64,000 bases of DNA from Candidatus Thorarchaeota archaeon (GTDB taxonomy: Archaea > Asgardarchaeota > Thorarchaeia > Thorarchaeales > Thorarchaeaceae): the NCBI GenBank assembly GCA_011364985.1, contig RDOC01000001.1:320001-384000 (forward strand). The letters are read 5' to 3'. The notes beneath the pieces were generated by a model, which worked only from the letters and a program-made list of their open reading frames with translations, made no database searches and was not told the origin of the DNA. The position numbers were made by a program, and so were the translations under genes. Shown piece by piece: positions 10,101 to 19,931 of the stretch. Each line of letters begins with the position of its first letter. Within the stretch, counting starts at the first letter, position 1.

Positions 10101-10164
10101 GTTCAATGCCTCTATCTCTCCAAGAGAGATGTATCTATGACATAATGATTGTGGTAGCAGGATT

Positions 10165-11982
10165 CTAGGCAGCAGGGTCTTTTGATGCGCATCGGAATTC
10201 AATACTTACCTTAAGCCCCGTTTCGGGTTTTCCTTCTATCCGATCCTGAACCTTCAGTTTAGCACCGTACTTCTCGGCCAGGCGCCGAACCAAGTGTAGT
10301 CCAACTCCACCAAAACGACGACCAGCATCGAATAATCTCTCCTTCTTGCCGCTATTCAGCCCAAGACCATCGTCAGCAAATGCTAGCAGAAACGTGTCTC
10401 CAAAGTCATGGCCTGCAATCCAGAGAGTCTTAATGTCCTTTGGGTTATGCCTCACACCGTTCTCCATTATGTTCCATATAAGCTGAGAAAGAGCGCTGTC
10501 AGCATAAACAAACACGCTCTCAGGGATGCGGTAGATCTCCATGTTCACCTCATATTGCTTGACGATATCCTTAATCTCATGCTGAAGTACTGGAACCAAA
10601 TCAACTGGACTGAGAGGCTCACTCTTGGCTTCCTCAGCCTTTCGAACCTTTGATATGAGCTCGATGCTCCGAACTGCACCATCCAATACATACTGCCTTG
10701 CCTTTTGAATTTCTTCGGGCTCACAGTTTTCATGAATCAAGTCACCACCGGCAAGTATTAGCTGCAATTGATTTCCAATATCATGAAGCAATAGGTCAAG
10801 AAGAAACCGTGCTTCGTTTTCCGCCGCCTTGAGGGCAGAAACATCACTAAAGATGCCAAAACTCCCAATATATTGTCCATCAGGTCCAAATACTGGAGCC
10901 GCAGAAACCACTGTAGGAACTAGTCTTCCTGACTTTGTCACTAGTTTCGCTTCATAATGTTCAATTCCACCAGCCTTTCGAGCGGCAAGTCTGCCATCCT
11001 GTTCCTCATCGCTAATTCCCTGTACAATCATGTGACTCGGAACGCCAATCAATTCTTGTTCGTCATATTCCAGCATGTCGCATAATGCCTGGTTGGCGTA
11101 GACAAGACGACCGTCTTCATCATCAAGTCCAAGACCAGCGGTCATTGTTTCAACAAGGGTTCTCCAACGTCGTTCGCTCTCCTCCAGCTGATGACGACGA
11201 GCTCTTTCTTCGGTGATGTCCATTAGCTGTGCAACTGATTTCGCAGACCCATCTTCTGTCGCAAGCATGCTAGCGTACATTGCCATTTCCCGAGTGGATC
11301 CATTGGGGAGCACAATCTTGAATTCATAGCTTGGAGGCACTTTTTCTCCAGTCTGCCTTTGTCTGTACCGTTCTGTAACGATTTCAACACTTTCAGGGTG
11401 AAGAAATCGACGAAAGTCTTGTCCAAGTAGCTCAGAACGTCTTCGCCCAACAATACTGCACAGCTTGTCATTAACATATTCGATACAAAACTGATCGTCA
11501 ATAATCATAATTCCAGTAAACCCAGAGTGCTCAATGGTGTATTCGAGAAGGTTCCTTCTATCGCGTAGCTTGTCCTCAACAGCGGTTCTTCTTGAGAGAT
11601 CAACCATGTACACTAAGAAACCCTCAAGATTTCCATTAGACATAATTCGTTCAGTATAGACCTGTACAGGAATCTGGACGTTATCCTTCCGGACAATTCT
11701 TAAGCTAATAGAAGTTGGATTTTGTTCTTTTGTTAGCTGGTTCAGGCCTTCGCGAACCAGATCCACCTGCTCTGGCGCAACAAGGTCATAGACAGGAACC
11801 TCTCTTTCAAGATCATTATCGTCTAGCTGAAGCATGTCTAATGCTTTGCGATTTGCATATTCAAGAGCGAAGTCGACTCCGACCTCAAGTACGGCCAATG
11901 GCATATTCTCAGCAACTTCACGAAATCTCGATCGGGCTCGCTTCATTTGGATTCCCAAATCTGTCTGTGTTGTCAGGGGCAT
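10165..11982 (-). CDS. Cytoplasmic multi-PAS sensor histidine kinase
   Basis: Three PAS/PAC repeats, H-box LLHDIGNQL, N-box NIMENGVRHN, DDGLG and GGVGL. Confidence 0.9.
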   Translation of the reverse strand: MPLTTQTDLGIQMKRARSRFREVAENMPLAVLEVGVDFALEYANRKALDMLQLDDNDLEREVPVYDLVAPEQVDLVREGLNQLTKEQNPTSISLRIVRKDNVQIPVQVYTERIMSNGNLEGFLVYMVDLSRRTAVEDKLRDRRNLLEYTIEHSGFTGIMIIDDQFCIEYVNDKLCSIVGRRRSELLGQDFRRFLHPESVEIVTERYRQRQTGEKVPPSYEFKIVLPNGSTREMAMYASMLATEDGSAKSVAQLMDITEERARRHQLEESERRWRTLVETMTAGLGLDDEDGRLVYANQALCDMLEYDEQELIGVPSHMIVQGISDEEQDGRLAARKAGGIEHYEAKLVTKSGRLVPTVVSAAPVFGPDGQYIGSFGIFSDVSALKAAENEARFLLDLLLHDIGNQLQLILAGGDLIHENCEPEEIQKARQYVLDGAVRSIELISKVRKAEEAKSEPLSPVDLVPVLQHEIKDIVKQYEVNMEIYRIPESVFVYADSALSQLIWNIMENGVRHNPKDIKTLWIAGHDFGDTFLLAFADDGLGLNSGKKERLFDAGRRFGGVGLHLVRRLAEKYGAKLKVQDRIEGKPETGLKVSIEFRCASKDPAA

Positions 11983-12011
11983 TTCTTTATATTATAGCTT
12001 AATAAGGGTTC

Positions 12012-12082
12012 ATAGGAGAGAGGGGGACTTCAGATCGCCCGGCACGAGCGTCTAAGGAATCCCATGATGGGTTCTCTTCTAT
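12012..12082 (+). ncRNA. Candidate structured small RNA or leader hairpin
   Basis: ATAGGAGAGAG pairs with TTCTCTTCTAT, with nested GGGA/TCCC, CTT/AAG, AGA/TCT and CGC/GCG helices; TATA-like TTTATATT at 11986-11993. Confidence 0.4.
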
Positions 12083-12206
12083 ATCCAAGTATTCTCATCA
12101 TCCAATTTGTAGAGAAACCGTAGACTGCCTTCTTTCAAGAATATACATGATGGCAACGACTTATAGCCTTAAATAGATTCGATAAGAAGGCTAAAGGCTC
12201 ACGGAG

Positions 12207-12710
12207 ATGTTCAAGGATTTGACGAAGATTCTTGCTATTGATGTAGAGAAATGCACAGGATGCAGAAACTGCGAGTTGGCATGTTCAATTCACCACACTG
12301 GCACCTTCAATCCTAGAAGAGCGAGAATTCAAGTCATAAAAGAAGAAAGAAAAGATTTGGTTGTTCCCATTGTATGCCTTCAGTGTGAATCTCCCCTCTG
12401 TGAGAAGGCCTGCCCGAACGGAGCAATTCAAAGAAATGAATTTGGGACACTCTACGTCAATAATGAGGTGTGCATTGGATGTCAAAATTGTGTGGCAGCC
12501 TGTATTTATGGAGGCATAGAGATTGACCCTTACACAAGGAAGGCAATCAAGTGCGATCTTTGTGGGGGCGATCCTGCCTGTATAAAGGCCTGCGATTATG
12601 GAGCAATCACCTTTGTTGAGTCCAGTCCAAAGGGACGGCTGCAGAGAGCAAAGGGCGTTGAAGTGCTCTCTCAAATCTTCGAAGCAAGCTTCGCGGAGGC
12701 TGAAGAATGA
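12207..12710 (+). CDS. 4Fe-4S dicluster electron-transfer subunit (DmsB/HydN-like), partner of AOR 1
   Basis: Four Cys clusters CTGCRNCELAC, CLQCESPLCEKAC, CIGCQNCVAAC and KCDLC...PACIKAC; ATGA overlap with the AOR gene. Confidence 0.92.
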   Translation: MFKDLTKILAIDVEKCTGCRNCELACSIHHTGTFNPRRARIQVIKEERKDLVVPIVCLQCESPLCEKACPNGAIQRNEFGTLYVNNEVCIGCQNCVAACIYGGIEIDPYTRKAIKCDLCGGDPACIKACDYGAITFVESSPKGRLQRAKGVEVLSQIFEASFAEAEE

Positions 12711-14635
12711 CTTTTCCATACAAGGGATATGCCGGACAATATCTAGACATCGACTTATCCAAGGGTAAAGTTTTGAAGCGAAAGATGGAAGAGGAATGGG
12801 CAAGACTGTACCTTGGAGGCACTGGAGTTGCGGCCAAGATTTTATGGGACCGGACAGGTCCCAAGACGAACCCCTTCTCTCCACAGAACATTGTAGTTGT
12901 GGGAACGGGACCCTTGACAGGAGTGATGTTCTCGCCATCTGGAAGATTCATGTTTGCCTCCAAATCGCCGCTCACTGGAGTGTGGGCAGAAAGCCACGCC
13001 GGTGGGTTCTTTGGGCCCGAGATGAAATATGCAGGTGTTGACTTCATTATATTCAATGGCCGGTCTCCAAAGCCAGTCTACCTTTTTCTTAGGGACGGAA
13101 AGGCGGAGTTGCTAGATGCAAGTGCCCTTTGGGGAAGAGAAACTGCTGAGACCACAGATATGATTCGAGAACAGCACAAAAATCCCGAAATAGAAACTGC
13201 TGTTATTGGTCCAGCAGGTGAGAATCAAGTCCTCTATTCATGCATAATTGTCGACTACTATCGGGCTGCGGGGCGCACAGGAATTGGCGCTGTCTTAGGA
13301 TCAAAGAATGTCAAGGGAATTGCAGCCTCTGGATCTCTTGGTCTTGAGGCCTATGACATGGAGAAGTACCTCGCCGCGAATGAGGGGGAGATGGAAAAGC
13401 TGAATGACCCGCTCTGGAAGGAGTCACTTTCCTCACTCAGAAGATACGGAACAACGGACTTGGTTGCTATAATCAACGAAATTGGCCGCTTGCCAACCAA
13501 GAATCATTGGACTGGCTTTTACGAAGACGCTGATGACATTGGACCCGAGGCAATAGCAACGAAATTTCGAATTGCACAGGAAGCCTGTCATGGATGCGCC
13601 ATCGGCTGTAAGTATATCTACAAGATAATGGACGGACCTTTTGTAGGAGGACCAGCGGGAGGACCAGAGTACGAAACCCTCATGGCATTTGGATCCAACT
13701 GCATGAACAACGATCTGGCTTCCATCATTCACCTAGGAACAAAATGTGACCTCCTCGGACTTGATACAATATCATGTGGAAAGAGCATAAGCTTTGCAAT
13801 GGACCTCTGGGAACAGGGGATTCTTACCGAGAAAGATACAGGCGGTCTTGACCTGTCTTGGGGAAATGTAGACTCAATGGTTCAACTTGTGGAGATGATT
13901 GCAAAACGAGAGGGCCTCGGTAGGCTCCTTAGTAAGGGAGTACGCAAGGCAGCAGAGAAGATTGGGGGCGATGCCTGGAAATATGCAGTCCATGTCAAGG
14001 GCCTTGAAGCTTCTGGACAAGACCCAAGGGCGCATCAGTCGGTTGGTCTTACCTATGCAACTAATGTGCGCGGAGCTGACCATCTCAGGAGCTTATCAAG
14101 TCTAGAAGAACTTGGTTATCCTGAAATTGTCACTCAACGATTCGGAGAGGAAAAGACCGAAGCAATCTTGGACATAATGTCGCCAAGACACAAGGGCGAG
14201 CTTGTCTGGGACATGGAAGACCTCTATGCAATCGTCGATAGTGCTGTGATTTGCAAGTATGGGACAATGTGGCCGCCAGTATTCTACTTTGATACCTTTA
14301 GTAATGTCATCACGCCTCTGACGGGTATGAAGGAATGGTCGGACCCGAAGTATGTACGAAGGACAGCAGAAAGAATAAGCCATCTACGCAGGGCATTCAA
14401 TCACAGACTTGGGATTACACGAAAGGAGGAGACTCTGCCAAAGAGACTTCTCCAAGACCCAATGCCAACAGGCCCATCAAAGGGCGGACTTCCGGATTTG
14501 GCTGAGATGCTTGACGAGTACTATGACTTCAGAGGCTGCGATAGAGAAACAGGTTATCCAAGGAAGGAGAAGCTTCTAGAGCTTGGATTGGACTATGTAG
14601 CAAAAGATCTTGAGCAACGGAAAATGCTTAGATGA
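12707..14635 (+). CDS. Tungsten aldehyde:ferredoxin oxidoreductase family protein (AOR/WOR) 1
   Basis: KSPLTG...ESHAGGFFGPEMKYAG, GPAGEN, GRTGIGAVLGSKNVK, CHGCAIGC, PEYET, GLDTIS and RGADHL. Confidence 0.95.
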   Translation: MTFPYKGYAGQYLDIDLSKGKVLKRKMEEEWARLYLGGTGVAAKILWDRTGPKTNPFSPQNIVVVGTGPLTGVMFSPSGRFMFASKSPLTGVWAESHAGGFFGPEMKYAGVDFIIFNGRSPKPVYLFLRDGKAELLDASALWGRETAETTDMIREQHKNPEIETAVIGPAGENQVLYSCIIVDYYRAAGRTGIGAVLGSKNVKGIAASGSLGLEAYDMEKYLAANEGEMEKLNDPLWKESLSSLRRYGTTDLVAIINEIGRLPTKNHWTGFYEDADDIGPEAIATKFRIAQEACHGCAIGCKYIYKIMDGPFVGGPAGGPEYETLMAFGSNCMNNDLASIIHLGTKCDLLGLDTISCGKSISFAMDLWEQGILTEKDTGGLDLSWGNVDSMVQLVEMIAKREGLGRLLSKGVRKAAEKIGGDAWKYAVHVKGLEASGQDPRAHQSVGLTYATNVRGADHLRSLSSLEELGYPEIVTQRFGEEKTEAILDIMSPRHKGELVWDMEDLYAIVDSAVICKYGTMWPPVFYFDTFSNVITPLTGMKEWSDPKYVRRTAERISHLRRAFNHRLGITRKEETLPKRLLQDPMPTGPSKGGLPDLAEMLDEYYDFRGCDRETGYPRKEKLLELGLDYVAKDLEQRKMLR

Positions 14636-14883
14636 TGAGAACGCTCTGGTCAAAAGGTCCAAGAATAGTCACTTAAAATGGGCACTACGACTAAGGACAG
14701 CATTGGCTTTGGTCCAAGTGCGTTCGCCTGCGATAGCTCAAGGGAAGAGCATGAAGAGAGAGTTTGCTAGATTACAGGAGCCACATGGTCAGACTAAGCT
14801 CGCAGAAACCAGCTTACTTGTAGAGCTAATATGTCCAAAAGTCTCAAGCAACTCTTATGTTGATGCGCGGCTTACAGCAAGGC

Positions 14884-15978
14884 ATGGCAGACCTAAAGGT
14901 AGAGATTGCTGGACTTAAATTCAGGAACCCTGTTCTTACGGCAGCTGGTCCTACGTCCCGAAATGGCATGACGCTGTTGAATGCTGCTGCTGGCGGCGTA
15001 GGTGGTCTTGTCGCAAAGACTGTAAGTGTCACACGGGCTGATGTTCCCAAACCAAATATGTCTGCATTTGGTAGCGGAAGAGTAGAATCGAAACGAGGTA
15101 TTCTAAATGCTGAACTCTGGAGTGAGATTTCAATTGAGCAATGGCTCGAGAAGGAGTATGCCATTGCCCTCAGTTCGGGCTTGCCACTTATAGCTAGTGT
15201 GGGTTACACTCCAGACGAGGTGTCTGCAATTGCGCCCAGAATTGTTGAGAAAGGAGTCCATGGAATAGAGTTCAGTACACACTATGTAGGAGAACATGCA
15301 GAGATAGCAAAGGCACTTCGTGAATCTGTTGATGTGCCGATTTTTGCCAAGATTAGCCCAAAAGCGGATGTGGCATCTGTGGCAAAGGCTGTGGAACCAT
15401 TCATTGACGGTATCGTGGCCATTAATACGTACGGGCCTTGTCTCAGGATTGATATTGAAACAGGCAAGCCATTTCTCGGTAGTGAATACGGAGAAGGCTG
15501 GATGAGTGGCAGTGCGATCAAACCCATCGCCTTAAGATGCGTTGTGGAGATTGCTCGGACCATCAACAAACCTGTCATTGGAGTCGGTGGAGTGACAACG
15601 GGAAAGGATGCTATCGAATTCTTCATGGCTGGGGCGTCAGCAGTTGAAGTTTGCACGGCGGCAATTCTTGAAGGGAATACTGTCTATGGGAAAATTGCGA
15701 AAGAGATCAATGAGTGGATGGATATGCACGAATACAAATCAATTGAAGACCTTCGCGGATTAGCTCTTCCACATCTTGCCAAAGGAGTATCCCTTAGACC
15801 ACCTCCAAAGGTCGATCTTGATGCATGTACTCGCTGCGGTCTATGTGAGAAATCGTGTGTATATCATGCCATCACGGTGAACAAGGCAGAGGATTTCTTT
15901 GAGATTAACAGCGAAACCTGCGAGGGATGCGGCATGTGTGTTTCAGTCTGCCCCTATAACGCGCTATCTATTGAATAG
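14884..15978 (+). CDS. Dihydroorotate/dihydropyrimidine dehydrogenase-like FMN enzyme with C-terminal 2x[4Fe-4S] (PreA-like)
   Basis: NPVLTAAGP, AKT, AKISP, AINT, GWMSGSAIKPIA, IGVGGV and AGASAVEVCTA; C-terminal CTRCGLC and CEGCGMC. Confidence 0.85.
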   Translation: MADLKVEIAGLKFRNPVLTAAGPTSRNGMTLLNAAAGGVGGLVAKTVSVTRADVPKPNMSAFGSGRVESKRGILNAELWSEISIEQWLEKEYAIALSSGLPLIASVGYTPDEVSAIAPRIVEKGVHGIEFSTHYVGEHAEIAKALRESVDVPIFAKISPKADVASVAKAVEPFIDGIVAINTYGPCLRIDIETGKPFLGSEYGEGWMSGSAIKPIALRCVVEIARTINKPVIGVGGVTTGKDAIEFFMAGASAVEVCTAAILEGNTVYGKIAKEINEWMDMHEYKSIEDLRGLALPHLAKGVSLRPPPKVDLDACTRCGLCEKSCVYHAITVNKAEDFFEINSETCEGCGMCVSVCPYNALSIE

Positions 15979-15990
15979 CTCAGCTTGAGA

Positions 15991-17184
15991 TTAGAGAAAC
16001 ACAAATGGATCGATTCCCTTTGTGAGGTGTGTGGCTTTGCCTGTCGTGACGGCATAGTCATCCTCTATTCGAACCCCGCCAAATCCCTCGAAATAGACCC
16101 CTGGTTCTATTGTAATGACATGACCCACTTCAAAATGGCCGTCACGGTCATAGGTACTAGGCTGTTCATGCACCTCTAGTCCAATGCCGTGCCCAAGACC
16201 ATGGGTCATCCCGTCCTTTGTTTCAGGGTCTAGGCGTCTGGATTTGTACCCATGCTTCCGAAGTGTATTGTAGCAAGCCATGTTTATTTCATCTATCTGC
16301 ACGCCTGCAGTAAGTGCATCAACAGAAGCCATATGGGCCTCATAGACTGCCTCGAACATATCTCTAAGCTTCTTTGATACTGTGCTCTTGACTATAGTTC
16401 TTGTCACATCAGCAATGTATCGTTCCCGCTTTAGTCTGGGAAAGACGTCAATAATGATTGGCACCTCGGCCTTCAGTTTGTCTTCTGGATTGCCCAGATA
16501 GTGCCAGTCGAACCCCTTCTCACCTACTGCAACAATGCAGTCTTCTGCAGACTCAGCACCTTGGTCAATTAGGAAATGATCAAGTGAGAGCTTGATGGCG
16601 CCGACAGTGACAGGCGTCCCATTGTGCATTAAGGTCTTGTTTGGACCAACATCAGTTTCCTTGACGAATTCAATGACCTGAGAGATGGCACCCATTGTCG
16701 CATCACCAGCTTTCTTGATGAGTTCAAGTTCTCGTTTGGACTTCGTTGCACGACCTTCAAGAAACAGATCTGATACTGCTTTCACATCATAGCCAAGCTT
16801 TTGAAGTCCGATGACAAGATATGCGGGCAGAGCGTTGGATATTCCAATGGTCTTGCCATCAAAAATCTCACCAAGAATCTTCCCCCAAAACCGTTCAGGA
16901 TTATCTGTTAATCTCTTTCCCGATGTGATGAGTTCCATATACAAGTCCGTTGCATCGTATGTATTCTCGACTATGCTTTCGTTCTTTAGCCGGTCTAATG
17001 TGTTTAGTCCTGTAATGCCGATTAAATTCTCGTCCTTTTGTTGGAAGACTCCTATATCATCAGGTGACCTAAATCGTGTCAGCCAGTAAATGTCCGGTAC
17101 TTCAAAGGCACTGCCATATGCAAATATGGCATCCACTTCATATTTTTGCATTAGTCTGTCCAGGTCCTTAAGCAAGGAAATCAC
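15991..17184 (-). CDS. Xaa-Pro aminopeptidase (M24B)
   Basis: IIDVFP...ADVTRT, HGLGHGIGLEVHE and TIEPGVY...GGVRIEDD. Confidence 0.92.
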   Translation of the reverse strand: MISLLKDLDRLMQKYEVDAIFAYGSAFEVPDIYWLTRFRSPDDIGVFQQKDENLIGITGLNTLDRLKNESIVENTYDATDLYMELITSGKRLTDNPERFWGKILGEIFDGKTIGISNALPAYLVIGLQKLGYDVKAVSDLFLEGRATKSKRELELIKKAGDATMGAISQVIEFVKETDVGPNKTLMHNGTPVTVGAIKLSLDHFLIDQGAESAEDCIVAVGEKGFDWHYLGNPEDKLKAEVPIIIDVFPRLKRERYIADVTRTIVKSTVSKKLRDMFEAVYEAHMASVDALTAGVQIDEINMACYNTLRKHGYKSRRLDPETKDGMTHGLGHGIGLEVHEQPSTYDRDGHFEVGHVITIEPGVYFEGFGGVRIEDDYAVTTGKATHLTKGIDPFVFL

Positions 17185-17233
17185 CCATTGGATGGCCTAT
17201 CATGTATTGAATAAGCCTTTCGAATACTCCTCG

Positions 17234-18118
17234 CTATAGATATACCTTCATTCGATCCTCCACCTGTTTCCGACTCGGCATGCCTATTGGACCGTGAGTC
17301 TGCGCATTAAATGAAGAACACGTTGCTCCAAAGAGGCCAGCTCTCTTCACATCACCGGTCCTTATGTACTCAAGAAGGAACCCCATAGCATACACATCTC
17401 CACTTCCGGTGGAATCCGCAGATTCAGAACCAAGAACAAGTGGTATATCCATCTGAGTGTTCCGAGTGTAGACAGTAGATCCTTTACGGCTTCGGGTCAC
17501 TAGGACAATTCGGGGACCAAGTTCCAGTATCTCTGTTACAGCTGAAAGCTCGGATTGTGCATCAAAAGCTGCACTTAGTTCTAATTCGTTGAATTTCACA
17601 ACATCCACCAGAGAAAGAATTCGTGACGGATTCTTCCATTCCTTCTCCACCACGCAGCCATCAACAATATCTCTCAGATAGCCTTGCGCATCAAGTGAAA
17701 CTAGGGGGCCACCCATGCGTGCCTTGCTATAACAACCATCATCAATGTCAGCAGCAGTCAAAGGAGAAAAATGATATATGCTGGCTCCAAGATGCTGAGG
17801 GAGAATATCCTCAGGGACAACAGGCTCGGCAATTGCCTCCACACACTGGCTTCTACCCTCAAAATCATATTCGTTGATGAAGCGTGTGCTCTTCATACCC
17901 TTTACATGTAACCCTGAAAGGTCCAACCCTGAATTCTGAAGTATCTCCAGGTAGACGTCTTCGAAATCACTGCCAATACAGCTCACAATGCCCGCCCCCA
18001 TTGCTCCCACTGCTGGCGCAATCATTGCATATGCAGGGCCGCCTCCTAATGTTTCTATTCTTGCTTCAGGCGTTACAATACAATCCCTACTCAGATGACC
18101 AATGACGACTAATTCCAC
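17234..18118 (-). CDS. PfkB-family carbohydrate/nucleoside kinase
   Basis: GGGPAY N-terminal motif, KFNELE and DSTGSGDVY signature. Confidence 0.9.
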   Translation of the reverse strand: MELVVIGHLSRDCIVTPEARIETLGGGPAYAMIAPAVGAMGAGIVSCIGSDFEDVYLEILQNSGLDLSGLHVKGMKSTRFINEYDFEGRSQCVEAIAEPVVPEDILPQHLGASIYHFSPLTAADIDDGCYSKARMGGPLVSLDAQGYLRDIVDGCVVEKEWKNPSRILSLVDVVKFNELELSAAFDAQSELSAVTEILELGPRIVLVTRSRKGSTVYTRNTQMDIPLVLGSESADSTGSGDVYAMGFLLEYIRTGDVKRAGLFGATCSSFNAQTHGPIGMPSRKQVEDRMKVYL

Positions 18119-18256
18119 AGAAACGACACTCCTTGGGACCTATCAGGCGGGATGCATGAAGGTGTACTCACCTATAACTTCTATCATTCGATTTCAGGTG
18201 CGGTTAGCAACGGTTAAAACAAGCATTCCACATTGTTTGAAGTTGAGTGGTCAAAT

Positions 18257-18538
18257 TTGGTTACCGTCACGGTGAAGTTCTTCGCAACGGTCCGTGAAGC
18301 TCTAGGCACCAGAAGTGTGCAAGTCGATGCGAGTACTGTCAGAGAAGTACTCGATAGACTCATAGAGCGGTTTGGCAAGGACTTCTCGGAAACGGTTATC
18401 GACCAAGAAACAGGCGACCTGAAGCGCTTCTTCTCTTGTATGGTGAATGGAAGAAGGATTGAGCTCCTTGATAGATACGATACCAAGCTAAAGGAGGGAG
18501 ATTCGATGGCTCTCTTCCCCCCCGTCGGAGGAGGCTAG
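18257..18538 (+). CDS. moaD: MoaD/ThiS/SAMP ubiquitin-like sulfur carrier
   Basis: VKFFATVRE N-terminus, VNGR, C-terminal FPPVGGG; TTG start at 18257 assumed. Confidence 0.88.
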   Translation: MVTVTVKFFATVREALGTRSVQVDASTVREVLDRLIERFGKDFSETVIDQETGDLKRFFSCMVNGRRIELLDRYDTKLKEGDSMALFPPVGGG

Positions 18539-18569
18539 CCTGTAGTGCAGAACTAGGAGAGATGAAATC

Positions 18570-19928
18570 ATGTTGGATCTGGTTGTAAAAAATGCACGAC
18601 TTCTGCTTGAGTCGGGATTGATAAGAGGAGGAATAGGCGTTAAGGATGGGAAGATTGGAGTAATAGCAAGAGACGAGCATCTACCTGATGCCAACATCAT
18701 CATCGATGCAAACTCCAACATACTAATGCCAGGGCTAATTGACGGCCATGCTCACATTCATGATCCTGCAATGCTGGACCATGAAGATTTCACAACCGGA
18801 ACTCGCGCCGCAGCCGCAGGAGGAATCACAACAGTCATCGACATGCCGCTCACAAGTCAAGTCGACACTCCAATACTTGTGGATGAGAAGATATCGCAAG
18901 GGGAGTCGATTGCTATTGTCGACTTCTCGTTCTATGCTGGGATGATTAATTCGGACAATGTGCCCGCAATTCCACTACTTATTGACAAGGGCATTGCAGC
19001 GTTCAAGGCCTTTACTTGTGAACCATATTATGCAAATAACGGAGTGATTCTTCGTGCTTTGAGCGAGGTATCGGAGCAGGGAGGCCATCTCACTGTACAT
19101 GCAGAAGACCAAGGCATCATAGACGAGTTTGCCAAGGACTTCCAAGACGAGTGGGATGCCCCCGTCAGTCACGCTCTTTCCCGGCCCTTCATAGCAGAGC
19201 AATATGCAGTGAAGCAGATGATTGATATGGCCGAGCGAACAGGAGGACATCTGCATATAGCTCATGTCACAACTGCGGACGGCGTAAGAGAGATTGAGAA
19301 GGGAAAACTTAGGGGAGTAATGGTGACCACTGAAGTCTGCCCGCACCATCTTTTGTTTAACAGCGATGAGATGAATCGGCTGGGACCAAAGAGCAAGATG
19401 AACCCGCCACTCAGAAGCAAACGAGATGTTTCTGCATTATGGTCTGCACTGCTCCGAGGGATAATCGACCTTGCCGTCACTGATCATGCACCCTCACCTC
19501 TTCAGGAGAAAGAGGTAGGACGGGAGGACATTCGAAAGGCATGGTCGGGAGTAGACGGTCTACAGATGCTCCTTAGAATTCTGCTCTCAGAGGGCGTAAA
19601 CAAGGGGAGAATAACATTTGAGAAACTTCTTCGGGTGGCATCGCTTAATCCGGCAAAACTATTCGGCCTCTATCCAAGAAAGGGAGCACTTCTGGTTGGC
19701 TCAGATGCGGATTTCGTTGTCATTGACCCTGCTCTTGAAGAGACTATTGGCGAAGAAATGATGTTCTCCAAATGTGACTGGACTCTCTACGACGGAATGA
19801 AGGTAACAGGAACTCCACTCATGACCTTTGTAAGAGGCGTGCAGGTGTACGGAGATAATCGGATGCATGTGAAGCCGGGGCATGGTCAATTTCAACCAAT
19901 GAGTGGATACTCCCCAATAGGAGTGTAA
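18570..19928 (+). CDS. Cyclic amidohydrolase (allantoinase/dihydropyrimidinase/dihydroorotase family)
   Basis: PGLIDGHAH, GTRAAAAGGITT, FKAF, VHAED, HIAHV, EVCPHHL, KMNPPLR, TDHAP and NPAK; lacks the HxHxR of dihydroorotases. Confidence 0.88.
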   Translation: MLDLVVKNARLLLESGLIRGGIGVKDGKIGVIARDEHLPDANIIIDANSNILMPGLIDGHAHIHDPAMLDHEDFTTGTRAAAAGGITTVIDMPLTSQVDTPILVDEKISQGESIAIVDFSFYAGMINSDNVPAIPLLIDKGIAAFKAFTCEPYYANNGVILRALSEVSEQGGHLTVHAEDQGIIDEFAKDFQDEWDAPVSHALSRPFIAEQYAVKQMIDMAERTGGHLHIAHVTTADGVREIEKGKLRGVMVTTEVCPHHLLFNSDEMNRLGPKSKMNPPLRSKRDVSALWSALLRGIIDLAVTDHAPSPLQEKEVGREDIRKAWSGVDGLQMLLRILLSEGVNKGRITFEKLLRVASLNPAKLFGLYPRKGALLVGSDADFVVIDPALEETIGEEMMFSKCDWTLYDGMKVTGTPLMTFVRGVQVYGDNRMHVKPGHGQFQPMSGYSPIGV

Positions 19929-19931
19929 TGC

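Noticed and set aside
14610-14918. 102-aa ORF bridging AOR1 and the DHOD-like gene
   Set aside because: It overlaps both neighbours, has no motifs, and covers a region better explained as UTR and promoter.
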